A DNA stretch of 64,000 nucleotides from Cytophagales bacterium. Lineage in GTDB: Bacteria > Bacteroidota > Bacteroidia > Cytophagales > CCMP332. Below the pieces are notes generated by a model that was given only the letters and a program-made list of their open reading frames with translations, searched no databases and was not told the origin of the DNA. The position numbers were made by a program, and so were the translations under genes. Shown piece by piece: positions 9,711-19,718 of the stretch (its first letter is position 1; each line of letters opens with the position of its first letter). The DNA lies in assembly GCA_028279065.1 (NCBI GenBank), contig JANQSY010000190.1, positions 22,653 to 86,652 of the forward strand. The letters run 5' to 3'.

Positions 9711-10856
9711 TTAAATTTTGCCTTTTAAGATCTTGTTGAGTTTTATGCTTTTCTGCAAAAATATAAGCCGTGCCTGAATGTTCCTGTCCAACAGATAAAG
9801 CCCTTCCTCCAGTTCCTTTCTGATTATCTCAAACTTTGAGGGTCCGACGTTCTTGTAGAAATCGCTAAAGAACTGACTAAGACCTGGATTCCAGCTTGGT
9901 TGAGAATCTGGTTTCAAAGTTCCTATGGCATTTTCCAAAGCCCTTAATGCCACCTTGAACATGCCTTTCTGGAAGTTGCCATTTGAGCCCGCAAACTCAT
10001 CAGCTGAGGATTGCAATTTGCTCATATCCAAAGAATAGCAATTCCTGAACCATTCCTGGACCCTTTCGAAATCTACTCGGTTTGGGGACCCCGAGATATG
10101 AAGGGCCTCGGTTACACTGCCGCCTGAGACCATTCCGGCTTTCTCCGCTGTTTCGCTTTCTATTTCAAATCTGGATCTCAAGATCGCTGCTACTTCTGAG
10201 GAACTTAAAGAAGGAAATGAATTGATCTGAACCCTTGATAAAAGTGTTTTTAGGTGGCTTTTTAGGCTGTTGCTAACAAAAATGAATATAGTCCCAGGGG
10301 TCGGTTCTTCAACGATCTTCAGAAGTGTATTGCTGGCAGATTCATTTAGGTTTTCTGAACTCCAAATAATGAAGATCTTAAACTTCCCTTCAAAGGAGGA
10401 GAGGGCTTGTGCATGAATGATCTCTCTGGCCTCCCTCTTTACGATCTCCATGTTCTTCAGTGTAGGGAGCTTTTCATATTCTGAAAATTTTTCGGTCCAG
10501 GTTTGAAAACTCGAAAAAGGATTTTCCCTAAGAAACTCCCTCCATGGCTCCAAAAATTCGGAACATTTTAAGTCATCCGTTCGCTTAATATTTTTTGTTG
10601 TGGTAAGGGGAAAAGAGAAATGCACATCAGGGTGGATGAACTTTTCCATTTTCTGACATGATGGGCATTGCCCGCAGGAACCTTCAGGACCGGGGTTCTC
10701 ACAGTTCAGGAGAGAAGCGAAACCAAGAGCCATAGGGAGGGCAATTCCCCCCTCATTGGAGTTGAACAGATGGGCATGGGAAATCTTTCCTGAAAGGACC
10801 AACTCCACCAGTTTTTTTTTGTTTTCCTCTGCCCCTGGGAAATCCTTAAACCTCAT
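9711..10856 (-). CDS. holB: DNA polymerase III subunit delta-prime
   Basis: 381-aa ORF with an AAA-like N-terminus and the zinc module CGQCPSCQK. It has an SRVQ sensor-like motif, and its length and layout are typical of HolB. It overlaps the upstream gene by 4 nt. Confidence 0.8.
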   Translation of the reverse strand: MRFKDFPGAEENKKKLVELVLSGKISHAHLFNSNEGGIALPMALGFASLLNCENPGPEGSCGQCPSCQKMEKFIHPDVHFSFPLTTTKNIKRTDDLKCSEFLEPWREFLRENPFSSFQTWTEKFSEYEKLPTLKNMEIVKREAREIIHAQALSSFEGKFKIFIIWSSENLNESASNTLLKIVEEPTPGTIFIFVSNSLKSHLKTLLSRVQINSFPSLSSSEVAAILRSRFEIESETAEKAGMVSGGSVTEALHISGSPNRVDFERVQEWFRNCYSLDMSKLQSSADEFAGSNGNFQKGMFKVALRALENAIGTLKPDSQPSWNPGLSQFFSDFYKNVGPSKFEIIRKELEEGLYLLDRNIQARLIFLQKSIKLNKILKGKI

Positions 10857-12046
10857 TTATTCTCCCAGGCTCTGTTCTCGGAAGTGTTCTCAAAGACCCA
10901 TTGGAAGATCTCCTTATCATTTTCGGATAACTCCTGACCCCTTCTTTTCATTGCTATTTCGCTTGTTTGGAAAAATCTTTTCAGTTGGAAGGTCGTCCTT
11001 CCCTGAGGGCCTCCCCAGGAAAAGGATGGGATTAGGTTGGAATGGAAACCTGATCCAAAAATATTCGCACCAACTCCTACAACCGTTCCTGTATTGAACA
11101 TGGTATTAATAGAGCATTTAGAATGGTCCCCCATGATAAGACCACAGAACTGTTTGCCAGTCTTCTGGAATCTCTTTAATCTGAAATTCCAAAGCTTGAC
11201 CTCATCGTAGTTGTTCTTAAGGTTTGAGTTGTTGGTATCTGCACCAAGGTTGCACCATTCCCCGATAACAGAATTACCTAGGAAGCCATCATGGGCCTTA
11301 TTTGAGAAGCCAAATAACACAGAGTTGTTCACCTCTCCCCCGACTTTGCTATTTGGCCCTATGGTAGTTCCCCCCCGGATCTTTGCTCCCGGACTAATGA
11401 CACTTCTTGATCCAATTGAAAGTGGCCCATAAAGGATGGAGCCTTCATTGATAACCGCTCCCTCATCAATATGTATCGGCCCATTCTCTGCATTTAGAAT
11501 CGCTGCCCTGACCTCAGCGCTTTCATGGCAAAAGACGTTTTCCTTTCCATAGATAATGGTATGGGGGTCGGTAGGGGTAGAAGGAATTAGTTTTTTTAAC
11601 CTTATATCAGAAGCTATCTCATCCGCGTTCAAAGAGAAGATATCCCATAGGTTATTGACAATTTTAACCTCCTTGGTCCATTCCATGAATTTTCCATCTA
11701 CCTGCGGATCCTCAACTGTAAGATCAATATCAGCACTTCCATGATAGGAGAGAATTTGTTCTCCTTTTTTTATGCCTTCGCCCTCTTTCAGGGATTTTAT
11801 AGCTTCGGTTATTTCGGGATCGGGAATTAGGCATGAGTTCAGGAAAACCGACGCACCTTCCTTCCTTAATGGATATTTTTTTTTGAGGTGCTCTGAGGTA
11901 TGCCATGATCCGATGGATCCAAAATAATATTCCCATTTTTCCCTTATGGAATCTATCCCTACTCTTATTTCTGAGCAGGGCCTGGTAAAGGTCAAAGGGA
12001 GAAGATCCTTTGAAGCTATATATGGATCAAATAATGAAATCCTCAT
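10853..12046 (-). CDS. GlmU-family putative sugar-nucleotidyl/acyl transferase (left-handed beta-helix hexapeptide repeats)
   Basis: 397-aa ORF. The C-terminal half is rich in hexapeptide repeats (IDEGAVINEGSILYGPLSIGSRSVISPGAKIRGGTTIGPNSKVGGEV...). Confidence 0.7.
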   Translation of the reverse strand: MRISLFDPYIASKDLLPLTFTRPCSEIRVGIDSIREKWEYYFGSIGSWHTSEHLKKKYPLRKEGASVFLNSCLIPDPEITEAIKSLKEGEGIKKGEQILSYHGSADIDLTVEDPQVDGKFMEWTKEVKIVNNLWDIFSLNADEIASDIRLKKLIPSTPTDPHTIIYGKENVFCHESAEVRAAILNAENGPIHIDEGAVINEGSILYGPLSIGSRSVISPGAKIRGGTTIGPNSKVGGEVNNSVLFGFSNKAHDGFLGNSVIGEWCNLGADTNNSNLKNNYDEVKLWNFRLKRFQKTGKQFCGLIMGDHSKCSINTMFNTGTVVGVGANIFGSGFHSNLIPSFSWGGPQGRTTFQLKRFFQTSEIAMKRRGQELSENDKEIFQWVFENTSENRAWENK

Positions 12047-12052
12047 TCGTCC

Positions 12053-12084
12053 AAAAATAAAAAAGTCTCCCTTGTGGGGGAGAC
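12053..12084 (-). terminator. rho-independent terminator after the L31 gene
   Basis: The minus strand reads GTCTCCC-CCACAA-GGGAGAC followed by TTTTTTATTTTT. The 7-bp GC-rich stem spans 12065-12071 and 12078-12084. It begins about 25 nt after the stop codon at 12109. Confidence 0.8.
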
Positions 12085-12108
12085 CTTAAAACCAAAGCAG
12101 GTTTTCTT

Positions 12109-12354
12109 CTAGTTGCGCTTATATTTTTTGTTGAACTTCTCAACCCTACCCGCGGTATCCACAAAGAGTTTCTTACCTGTGAAGAAAGGATGTGAAGCAG
12201 AGCTGATCTCAACCTTGATCAAGGGATAGGTGTTGCCATCGCTCCATTTGATAGTCTCATCAGATGACATTGTAGATTGGGTCAAAAATTCAAATCCACT
12301 TGCCGAATCATGAAACACCACCGGGTGATAATCTGGATGTATGTCCTTCTTCAT
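12109..12354 (-). CDS. 50S ribosomal protein L31, type B (no Cys zinc motif)
   Basis: [20 protein letters not shown]...HPFFTGK...[10 protein letters not shown] is classic L31. The protein has no cysteines, which marks it as type B. I chose the ATG at 12354, since the 20 upstream residues in the ORF track are not L31-like. Confidence 0.93.
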   Translation of the reverse strand: MKKDIHPDYHPVVFHDSASGFEFLTQSTMSSDETIKWSDGNTYPLIKVEISSASHPFFTGKKLFVDTAGRVEKFNKKYKRN

Positions 12355-12467
12355 CGTGAAAAATTTTGGCCTGCAAAAGTAACTATATCTTTTTAAAAAG
12401 GGAAGTCTTAACATTGATTTAAAATGTGATCCCGGAAATCATCTTTTGAGAAGATTATATTAGGTCC

Positions 12468-13241
12468 ATGGAAATGATCCTAATTGGTTCAGTGGCTTTC
12501 ATGGCCTCAATACTGACATTTTTTTCCGGATTTGGATTGGGGTCGCTGCTTCTCCCTGCATTTGCAATATTTTTTCCAATTGAAATTGCTGTAGGAGCAA
12601 CTGCTGTGGTTCATTTTGCAAACAATCTGGCCAAGATGGCCCTAGTTGGTAAGCATGGTAACTGGAGGACCTTGAAACAATTTGGAGTGCCTGCTTTTAT
12701 TTTTTCTTTCCTTGGATCCTATTGTCTGTTGTTGGTTTCGGAACTCCCAGACCTTTTTAGCTATGAGGCTTTCGGAAAAGAATTCGATGTTCCGTTGCAT
12801 AGTTTCCTGATCGGCATCCTGATGATCTTTTTTTTAGTCTATGAGGAGTTTGGAAAGGACCTGGGAACCCGGTTGCTCGATAACCTAATCCTTGGAGGGT
12901 CGATCAGTGGATTCTTTGGTGGATTCTCAGGACATCAGGGAGCCCTGAGGAGTATGTTCCTTATTCGGTTAGGCCTGACTAAAGAGCAGTTTATAGCTAC
13001 CGGCATCTGGATAGCTGTCTTAGTTGATTTTGCCAGGTTGAGCATTTACAGGAATTTCTTTTCGAGTCTCGATTCCCCCGGATCGATACTTCCCCTTCTG
13101 TTGATTGGGATAGCTTCCGCAATTCTGGGAGCTTTTTTAGGCAAGAGACTTTTGCAGAAAGTGCCCCTTCGATTTGTAAATAGGATAGTGGGGGTCGGAA
13201 TTTTTATCATAGCAATCCTGTTGATGTTCGGTGTTATCTAG
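12468..13241 (+). CDS. TauE/SafE-family anion exporter-like membrane protein
   Basis: 257-aa ORF with about 8 TM segments and internally duplicated Gly-rich helices (FFSGFGLGSLLLP / GGFSGHQGALRS), typical of TauE/SafE (DUF81). Confidence 0.7.
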   Translation: MEMILIGSVAFMASILTFFSGFGLGSLLLPAFAIFFPIEIAVGATAVVHFANNLAKMALVGKHGNWRTLKQFGVPAFIFSFLGSYCLLLVSELPDLFSYEAFGKEFDVPLHSFLIGILMIFFLVYEEFGKDLGTRLLDNLILGGSISGFFGGFSGHQGALRSMFLIRLGLTKEQFIATGIWIAVLVDFARLSIYRNFFSSLDSPGSILPLLLIGIASAILGAFLGKRLLQKVPLRFVNRIVGVGIFIIAILLMFGVI

Positions 13242-13995
13242 AGTTTCATTTTTTCTTCTATTTCTAATTCTGGCTTCATGTTCTAATAAAAGCTTCCATA
13301 GTGGACAAAGCCCACCTGGACATGATACCTGGGATTCTCTTCTCGACCAGTGCGTTATGGATAATGGGATGGTCGATTACTTATGCTTTCAATCAAAAAG
13401 CAGCCTTTTGATCCGATACCTTGATTACTTGTCCAATAACTATCCGGATGAAGGATCATGGTCGAGCGAAGATCAAATGGCCTATTGGATCAACCTTTAC
13501 AACGCTACGACTGTCAACCTAATAGTCAATAATTACCCTGTTTCCTCGATCAAGGAAATCAAAGGTGGAATTGAAATTCCTTTTATCAATTCCATCTGGG
13601 ATAGGAGAGAGATTGGACTCGGTCCGCACCTACTAAGCCTTAACGATATGGAGCATAGGATCCTAAGAGAAAAGTTTGAGGAACCCAGGATACATTTTGC
13701 CCTTAATTGTGCCTCGAGGTCTTGTCCTGCTCTTTTAGGGAAAGCCTATACCGGCAAGGACCTTGAAAAACAATTGGAGTCCCAAACATTGAGGTTCCTA
13801 GGGGATTTATCGAAAAACCGGTTTGGAACTGAAGAGTACAAACTATCAAAGATCTTTCTTTGGTATGGGATCGACTTTGGTGGGAAGAAAGGAACCATCA
13901 GGTTTGTTCAGGAAAAAATGGGATTTGCCCTTGATCCCGATGTATCAGTGAGCTACCTGGATTATGACTGGTCCTTAAATGATGCCACAGAATGA
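13231..13995 (+). CDS. DUF547-like lipoprotein
   Basis: 254-aa ORF with a GTG start that overlaps the upstream gene by 11 nt. It has a lipobox (LILASC). DUF547-type blocks are present: AYWINLYNATTVNLIV and RIHFALNCASRSCPAL. Confidence 0.7.
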   Translation: MLSRVSFFLLFLILASCSNKSFHSGQSPPGHDTWDSLLDQCVMDNGMVDYLCFQSKSSLLIRYLDYLSNNYPDEGSWSSEDQMAYWINLYNATTVNLIVNNYPVSSIKEIKGGIEIPFINSIWDRREIGLGPHLLSLNDMEHRILREKFEEPRIHFALNCASRSCPALLGKAYTGKDLEKQLESQTLRFLGDLSKNRFGTEEYKLSKIFLWYGIDFGGKKGTIRFVQEKMGFALDPDVSVSYLDYDWSLNDATE

Positions 13996-14549
13996 GTTTG
14001 GGTTTTATTTCCGAAGCAAAACTTGGTAAATTTCGAAGCATGTATAGCGGATCAAAAGCAGTCAGTTTATGGGCATTTATTGGGGTACTATTTTTTTGCT
14101 GTTCCCTCCCTTCAAAAGCCCAAGACCTTTCTAAGTTTTCATGGCTGGCAGGGGAATGGAAAGGAAATGCATTTGGTGGGGAGGTATATGAAAATTGGAC
14201 AAGTCCCAAAGCAGATGAGATGCTGGGTTCCTTTCAATTGATCAAGGATGGAAAGAATACAATTCTTGAATTCATGGCGATCAGGGTTGCGGAAGATACC
14301 GTCCGGATGTTTTTCAATCATTTCAATCCTGACCTCGAACGTTGGGAAGACGAACCGATAAGATTTGGCCTGGAGTATGCCAACGAGGATGAATTCAAAT
14401 TCCTGAACATGAAGGAAGGTGAGACCGCTCCCAGGAGCCTTAAATATCATTTCGATAAAACTGCCGGAAAGCTGATCGTGGTTGTGGAGGAATGGGAAAA
14501 GACTACCGCAGGGTATGAAAGTTTCAGTGTGACTTATTTCAGAAATTGA
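13992..14549 (+). CDS. hypothetical secreted protein (DUF6265-like; motif WLAGEWKG)
   Basis: 185-aa ORF with an ATGA overlap with the upstream stop. A signal-like segment is present (AVSLWAFIGVLFFCCSLPSKAQ). The true start may be the internal Met at 14040. Confidence 0.6.
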   Translation: MSLGFISEAKLGKFRSMYSGSKAVSLWAFIGVLFFCCSLPSKAQDLSKFSWLAGEWKGNAFGGEVYENWTSPKADEMLGSFQLIKDGKNTILEFMAIRVAEDTVRMFFNHFNPDLERWEDEPIRFGLEYANEDEFKFLNMKEGETAPRSLKYHFDKTAGKLIVVVEEWEKTTAGYESFSVTYFRN

Positions 14550-15829
14550 GCCAGGAATACCATTGGCTTGATAACCTCTATTCGGAATTCAGGAATTCCT
14601 CTGGTGTAAGTACCGATACCAGAACCATCACTGAGGGGAGCATTTTTTTCTCTCTGAGGGGGCCTTCTTTTGATGGGAACCAGTATGCGGACCAGGCCCT
14701 TAAAAATGGGGCTAAGCTTGCAGTTATAGATGATCCTGAATTAATAGGTGAGAGAAAATTCCTTGTTAAGAACTCCCTGGAGGCTCTACAGTTATTGGCG
14801 AATAGATACAGGCAAGATCTGGATGCAAGGGTACTGGGAATTGGGGGTTCAAACGGAAAAACCACTACAAAAGGTCTTGTCAAGGCTATTCTTTCAGAGG
14901 CCTTCGAGGTGTTCGCCACCCCAGGAAACTTTAACAATCACATAGGATTGCCTTTAACCATCCTTTCATGTCCCATCAATGCTGAGATACTTGTTTTGGA
15001 AATGGGAGCTAACCATCAAGGAGAGCATCGTGACCTGCTGAGGATCGGAGAGCCCGATGTCCTATTGGTTACCAATATCGGCAAGGACCATTTGGAAGGA
15101 TTTGAAGGATTTGAAGGAGTGATAGCGGCTACTTCAGAATTCTTCGAATTTTCGACAAAAGAAAGCTGTCCGATCTATTTTTTCGGGGACCAGGACGAGT
15201 TTAAGGGGATAAGAGGAAATGGTATCTCCTTCGGAAGGGATGTGCCGTCTGATATAAGAGGAGATTATGAATTCGGAGAAAGCGGATTGATCGTTAAAAC
15301 AATGGACCCGGATCATTCGTTTCAAAGCAATTTGATCGGAAATTTCAATTTCGGCAACATCCTTGGGGCAATTGCTATTGGAAAACACTTTGGTCTGGAT
15401 AATGAAAAAATTGAGAAGGGGGTAAGGTCGTTCTTCCCGGAGTCCAACCGATCTCAGATCATTGAAAAAAACAGGCTTAAGATCTTTATGGATTGCTACA
15501 ACGCCAATCCTACCAGCATGGCAGCATCTATCAACAGTTTTTTTCAGGATTTCCAGGGACCATGGCATCTGCTCCTGGGTGGAATGAAGGAATTAGGCGA
15601 TTATACTGAAAATGAACACCGCGAGATCCTGGATCTTGCGAAGAGCAAGGAACCCCGGGCTTTGTATCTGGTTGGAAGCGAATTTTCATTTGCCAAGGGA
15701 ATCGCGGGGGTGGTATATTTTGAAAATTTTAATGAGATCAGAAAAGAATGGCAAAAAATCTTACCTAAAGCAGGTGCATTATTGGTGAAAGGCTCAAGAA
15801 GCTATAATTTGGAAAAGTTATTTGAATAA
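14546..15829 (+). CDS. murF: UDP-N-acetylmuramoyl-tripeptide--D-alanyl-D-alanine ligase
   Basis: 427-aa ORF with the Mur ligase P-loop GIGGSNGKTTTK. It also has TNIGKDHLEGF and the C-terminal domain DCYNANPTSM. The TTG start overlaps the upstream stop (TTGA). Confidence 0.9.
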   Translation: MSQEYHWLDNLYSEFRNSSGVSTDTRTITEGSIFFSLRGPSFDGNQYADQALKNGAKLAVIDDPELIGERKFLVKNSLEALQLLANRYRQDLDARVLGIGGSNGKTTTKGLVKAILSEAFEVFATPGNFNNHIGLPLTILSCPINAEILVLEMGANHQGEHRDLLRIGEPDVLLVTNIGKDHLEGFEGFEGVIAATSEFFEFSTKESCPIYFFGDQDEFKGIRGNGISFGRDVPSDIRGDYEFGESGLIVKTMDPDHSFQSNLIGNFNFGNILGAIAIGKHFGLDNEKIEKGVRSFFPESNRSQIIEKNRLKIFMDCYNANPTSMAASINSFFQDFQGPWHLLLGGMKELGDYTENEHREILDLAKSKEPRALYLVGSEFSFAKGIAGVVYFENFNEIRKEWQKILPKAGALLVKGSRSYNLEKLFE

Positions 15830-15861
15830 TCTCTTTTTGAATTCCATTTAGAAGAAACAAT

Positions 15862-16584
15862 ATGAAAAAACTTATACTACTGTCTTTGTTGGTTGTTTTG
15901 GGAAGCACGGCTTACGGTCAAAGATATAAGGGTGGAGTAAGAGCTGGATTAAATGTATCTGCCTTGACGGCTCCTTTAGGTACAGAAACCGACCAAATTG
16001 GGGTTCTCCTCGGTTTTCATGGAGGACTATATGGCAGGATGAGCGTTACTAATTCATTCCGGGTGCAGATTGAGTTGCTTTACTCTCAAAGGGGTGGCGA
16101 GTTCACCAATTTGAACAATGATGGCGACGGCCAGAATATGTGGGGAGTGAACTTTACCACCCTTACTTATGAGGACAAGCTGAATTACATTGATATCCCT
16201 ATCCTGGCCTCCTTCCATGGTAGAGGGTCAAGTTTTCTTCTTGGCCTTCAGCCTTCTTTCCTGGTGGGACATAGCCAAACACTTGGGGGTACAGATGCTG
16301 AAACCAGTGCTTTCTTAGGTCAATTCAATAACGATCTGAAACAATATAGGTCTTACACCAACTTTGATCTTGCTGGTATAATCGGGTTTGAGTTGGAGCT
16401 AGATATGGGATTGAACTTTGGTCTTAGATTCTCCTACGGCTTCCTGAATGTCATTGATCAGGATGTAAGAGATCAGGTGGAAGCTGATTATCCCCAAGAA
16501 ATGGATGCTCTTTATCGCTTTAAGGATTTTCATAATGTAACAGGGCAATTCACTGTTGGATATACTATTGGCGGAGCCAAATAA
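15862..16584 (+). CDS. outer-membrane beta-barrel (porin-family) protein
   Basis: 240-aa ORF with a signal peptide (LLVVLGSTAYGQ). It shows alternating beta-strand patterning and a C-terminal aromatic-rich strand, typical of small Bacteroidota OMP barrels. Confidence 0.7.
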   Translation: MKKLILLSLLVVLGSTAYGQRYKGGVRAGLNVSALTAPLGTETDQIGVLLGFHGGLYGRMSVTNSFRVQIELLYSQRGGEFTNLNNDGDGQNMWGVNFTTLTYEDKLNYIDIPILASFHGRGSSFLLGLQPSFLVGHSQTLGGTDAETSAFLGQFNNDLKQYRSYTNFDLAGIIGFELELDMGLNFGLRFSYGFLNVIDQDVRDQVEADYPQEMDALYRFKDFHNVTGQFTVGYTIGGAK

Positions 16585-16604
16585 TTTATTTGTGAAGTTC
16601 TTCA

Positions 16605-16631
16605 AAGGCCTGTTTATCAGGCCTTTTTTTT
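16605..16631 (+). terminator. rho-independent terminator after the OMP gene
   Basis: AGGCCTG-TTTAT-CAGGCCT forms a perfect 7-bp stem followed by a T8 run, about 20 nt after the stop at 16584. Confidence 0.85.
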
Positions 16632-16648
16632 ATCCTCTTGCCAAGGGA

Positions 16649-18790
16649 ATGGGAGTCTACCTATTTCTTTTTGGGTTAATTCTAATTGGGCCCCAAGCTT
16701 ATACTCAGAATATTTTTCGACCCATAGCCGAGAATCTCCCCACGCCCAATTCCTTTAGGTTAGCTGATGGCCAACCAGGACCCGATTACTTTCAGCAAAA
16801 AGTTGACTATCGGATCGATGTCACCTTGGATGAGAAAAAAAAGACCATTTCAGGTAATGAGCTGATAACCTATCACAATAATGCTCCGGTTGAACTCGGT
16901 TACCTATGGATCCAATTGGATCAAAATACAAGAGCGGCTGATGCTGAAAGATACCTTGTTCAGGATAACAGTTTGTCGGATCCGGTGAAGGCATCCGAGA
17001 TCAGCAGGGCAATCGGAAAACCATTCGATAGTGATATGCAAATCATTTCGGTCAAGGATCAAAATGGAGCGGATCTGAAACATAGAATTGATGGGACCAT
17101 GATGCAGGTAATCATGGTTAAGCCCATAATCCCAGGAGGAGTATACCGATTTAAAATTGAATGGACCTATTCCATAAATGATGTAAACAAGGTCAGGGGA
17201 AGGTCGGGGTATGAAACTTTTGAAAAGGATGGAAACTCAGTGTTCTGCATTGCTCAATTTTATCCCAGACTTGCCCTTTATGATGATATAAATGGGTGGG
17301 AAGTGCGGCAATTCCATGGGCAGTCAGAATTCGGTCTTGAGTTTGGTGATTTTGAGGTCAATATCACGGTGCCAGAAAACCATATTGTAGGGGCGACAGG
17401 TGAGCTGATAAATACAAACGAGGTGCTCGGTTCCGAGCTTGAGGAAAAGTATTCAGTTGCCAAAAGAAGTCCGGAAAGGGTTTTTATTATTTCTGAAAAG
17501 GAAGCCCTTGAAAACCTCAAATCCAAGGCAGGAAAAACCAAGACCTGGAAATTCAAAGCAGAGAAGGTCAGGGATTTTGCATTTGCCTCTTCCCAGCGAT
17601 TCATTTGGGAGGGGAAAAATGTAAAAATCGGAGAAAGGAATGTTTTTGCTCATTCAATGTACCCACCTGAGGCCAATCCTATCTGGGAACTAAATGTCAC
17701 AAAAGCTATTGAACACACTCTGATTTCCCATTCTGAAAGAACCTTTGAGTATCCCTATCCTCATGCGCTGGCGGTTCACCTGAATCGGTCAGGAATGGAA
17801 TACCCAATGATCTGTTTCAATGGAAGAAGGCCGGATGATGATGGGAGTTATTCCGAGTATCAGGAAAGACGGCTTATTAGCCTGATCATTCATGAGATCG
17901 GTCATAATTTTTTTCCTATGATCGTTAACTCGAATGAAAGGGCCTGGGCCTGGATGGACGAGGGATTGAATGTTTTCATGGAATACCATGCCGAAAAGGG
18001 ATGGGATCCGGATTATCCTTCCAGGAGAGGCACCCCTAAATCGATCATCGGTTTTATGTCAAAGGAGAAGGGGGAATTAACCCCCATAATGACACCACCC
18101 GATATTGAATCAAATCTTAGCTTAAATGACTATTGGAAAACTTCGGCAGTATTGAATTTACTAAGGGATCTGATATTGGGTCCTGAAGCCTTCGATCATG
18201 CTTTCAGGACCTATGCGAACCGTTGGAAGTTCAAACATCCCACACCAGCAGATTTTTTCAGGACTATGGAAGATGCATCAGGAAGAGACCTGGGGTGGTT
18301 TTGGAGAAGCTGGTTTTTTTCTACCGATCACGTAGATATTTCTATTGATACAGTCCAATGGTTTACAGTAGAGGGGAACAATTATTTGTCTTATAAGTCA
18401 AAGCTTGATCATATCGATTCGAGTCAAGGGGAATCCCTCAAGTTCAATGATCTTCTTGAATTTGGGCTAAGGTCAGACACCTCAGTAGTCGAAACACTAA
18501 GGGAGAACTGGAATAGGGATTGGGGTCAGAAACTTCCAAAAAAGTTTCATTTGTATGATCTAAGGTTGAAGAATATCGGTGGAATCCCAATGCCAATAAG
18601 CCTGAGGGTATATTTTGAAAATGGTGGATCAGAAGACTTTTATTATCCTGCTGAGGTCTGGGCAAAAGACAATTCACAATTCAGTAAGGTGATTATGACC
18701 GAAAAAGAAGTATCCTTCTTTGAGGTAGATCCTGAAAGGAAAAGTTCAGATATAGTTCAGCGGAATAACCGGTGGCCAAGAGGTCAATAA
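16649..18790 (+). CDS. M1-family zinc metallopeptidase (secreted)
   Basis: The gluzincin motif HEIGHNF-x18-WMDEG is present. I placed the start at ATG 16649 (MGVYLFLFGLILIGPQAYTQ signal). The longer track ORF (16556) would read through the upstream terminator. Confidence 0.85.
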   Translation: MGVYLFLFGLILIGPQAYTQNIFRPIAENLPTPNSFRLADGQPGPDYFQQKVDYRIDVTLDEKKKTISGNELITYHNNAPVELGYLWIQLDQNTRAADAERYLVQDNSLSDPVKASEISRAIGKPFDSDMQIISVKDQNGADLKHRIDGTMMQVIMVKPIIPGGVYRFKIEWTYSINDVNKVRGRSGYETFEKDGNSVFCIAQFYPRLALYDDINGWEVRQFHGQSEFGLEFGDFEVNITVPENHIVGATGELINTNEVLGSELEEKYSVAKRSPERVFIISEKEALENLKSKAGKTKTWKFKAEKVRDFAFASSQRFIWEGKNVKIGERNVFAHSMYPPEANPIWELNVTKAIEHTLISHSERTFEYPYPHALAVHLNRSGMEYPMICFNGRRPDDDGSYSEYQERRLISLIIHEIGHNFFPMIVNSNERAWAWMDEGLNVFMEYHAEKGWDPDYPSRRGTPKSIIGFMSKEKGELTPIMTPPDIESNLSLNDYWKTSAVLNLLRDLILGPEAFDHAFRTYANRWKFKHPTPADFFRTMEDASGRDLGWFWRSWFFSTDHVDISIDTVQWFTVEGNNYLSYKSKLDHIDSSQGESLKFNDLLEFGLRSDTSVVETLRENWNRDWGQKLPKKFHLYDLRLKNIGGIPMPISLRVYFENGGSEDFYYPAEVWAKDNSQFSKVIMTEKEVSFFEVDPERKSSDIVQRNNRWPRGQ

Positions 18791-18878
18791 AGGTTTGGTT
18801 CTGAATTTCAAGCCTGGAGTATACCATATTTACCTCCCCTCCATTAAATTTCAGTTGTGATCTAAAAATACAGTTAAA

Positions 18879-19232
18879 ATGAAAATTCCTAAGACTTTGA
18901 TCTACCTCTTCGCCTTCCTTGTGGGTGGGTCCTTTACATTGAATCTACTTTCGTTTAAAAGCAAAGCAGAAAACGAACATGAGCCATTGATAATGATGGA
19001 AATCTATGAGATTCCAGCCTATCATGGAAAGGGGATCCATATTTATTATGGCAATGGAGATTTCGAGATCATACCATTCAAGCCTTTTAAAGAGGAAAAC
19101 CAGGAAAAAAACGGTGATATTATCGTAACAACCCTGAACAGACTAGCCAAAGAAGGCTATAAGATAACGTTTACATCGAGTGGATTATCGGATAGTGGAA
19201 TGATCACAAAGGTCTTCCTGAAGAAAGACTAA
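18879..19232 (+). CDS. small secreted/membrane-anchored hypothetical protein (paralog of 19241-19582)
   Basis: 117-aa ORF with an N-terminal hydrophobic anchor. It shares a motif series with the convergent neighbour: EI...GI.I...IP...EEN.(E/Q)KNG...G(Y/W)K(I/L). Confidence 0.6.
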   Translation: MKIPKTLIYLFAFLVGGSFTLNLLSFKSKAENEHEPLIMMEIYEIPAYHGKGIHIYYGNGDFEIIPFKPFKEENQEKNGDIIVTTLNRLAKEGYKITFTSSGLSDSGMITKVFLKKD

Positions 19233-19240
19233 ATACTTTC

Positions 19241-19582
19241 TTATTTGATAAAAATATATCGCTTGCTATTGTCTCCCCCGCAGGAGCTTTCAAGCTTCCA
19301 TCCACCGTCGTAGATCTTTTTGATTTGTTGGGCAATGGTTATCCCGTTCTTCTGAATGTTCTCTTCTCCTACAAACCCAATTAGGGGTATCTTCTCGGTC
19401 TTTCCCTCTGGTCTTGAAATATAAATCCCTGAAACGTCCTGAGGTCCATTAAAAGAGAAAATGATCTCCACGATCATTACATCCTTTGCCTTGTTCTGAG
19501 CTTGAACGGTATTAAAACCGGCCGCGAAAAGGAAAAAGCAAAAAATGAAAATTATCGGTAGCAGGTAGGTAGAAGTTCTCAT
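19241..19582 (-). CDS. small secreted hypothetical protein (paralog of 18879-19232)
   Basis: 113-aa ORF with a signal peptide ending in AQ. It has the same motif series as the neighbour. The two stop codons are 8 nt apart. Confidence 0.6.
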   Translation of the reverse strand: MRTSTYLLPIIFIFCFFLFAAGFNTVQAQNKAKDVMIVEIIFSFNGPQDVSGIYISRPEGKTEKIPLIGFVGEENIQKNGITIAQQIKKIYDGGWKLESSCGGDNSKRYIFIK

Positions 19583-19718
19583 TTCGGATGATTCTGATGT
19601 TAAAAGAGAAAATTGGTTAAATTTTTGATAAATACCTAAAGTCAGACCGTTTATATAAATATGCCCAGCTCGAGAGAAAAATTGAACATTTTTTCGTTTT
19701 TGAAAGTAATATTGAATA

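Noticed and set aside
15095-15118. A tandem 9-nt repeat (GAAGGATTT x2.7) in murF encodes EGFEGFEG and could be a recent in-frame duplication.
   Set aside because: The segment has the same length as the usual MurF HLEGF-xxx-EGV block, so there is no insertion. It is most likely chance or convergent codon repetition.
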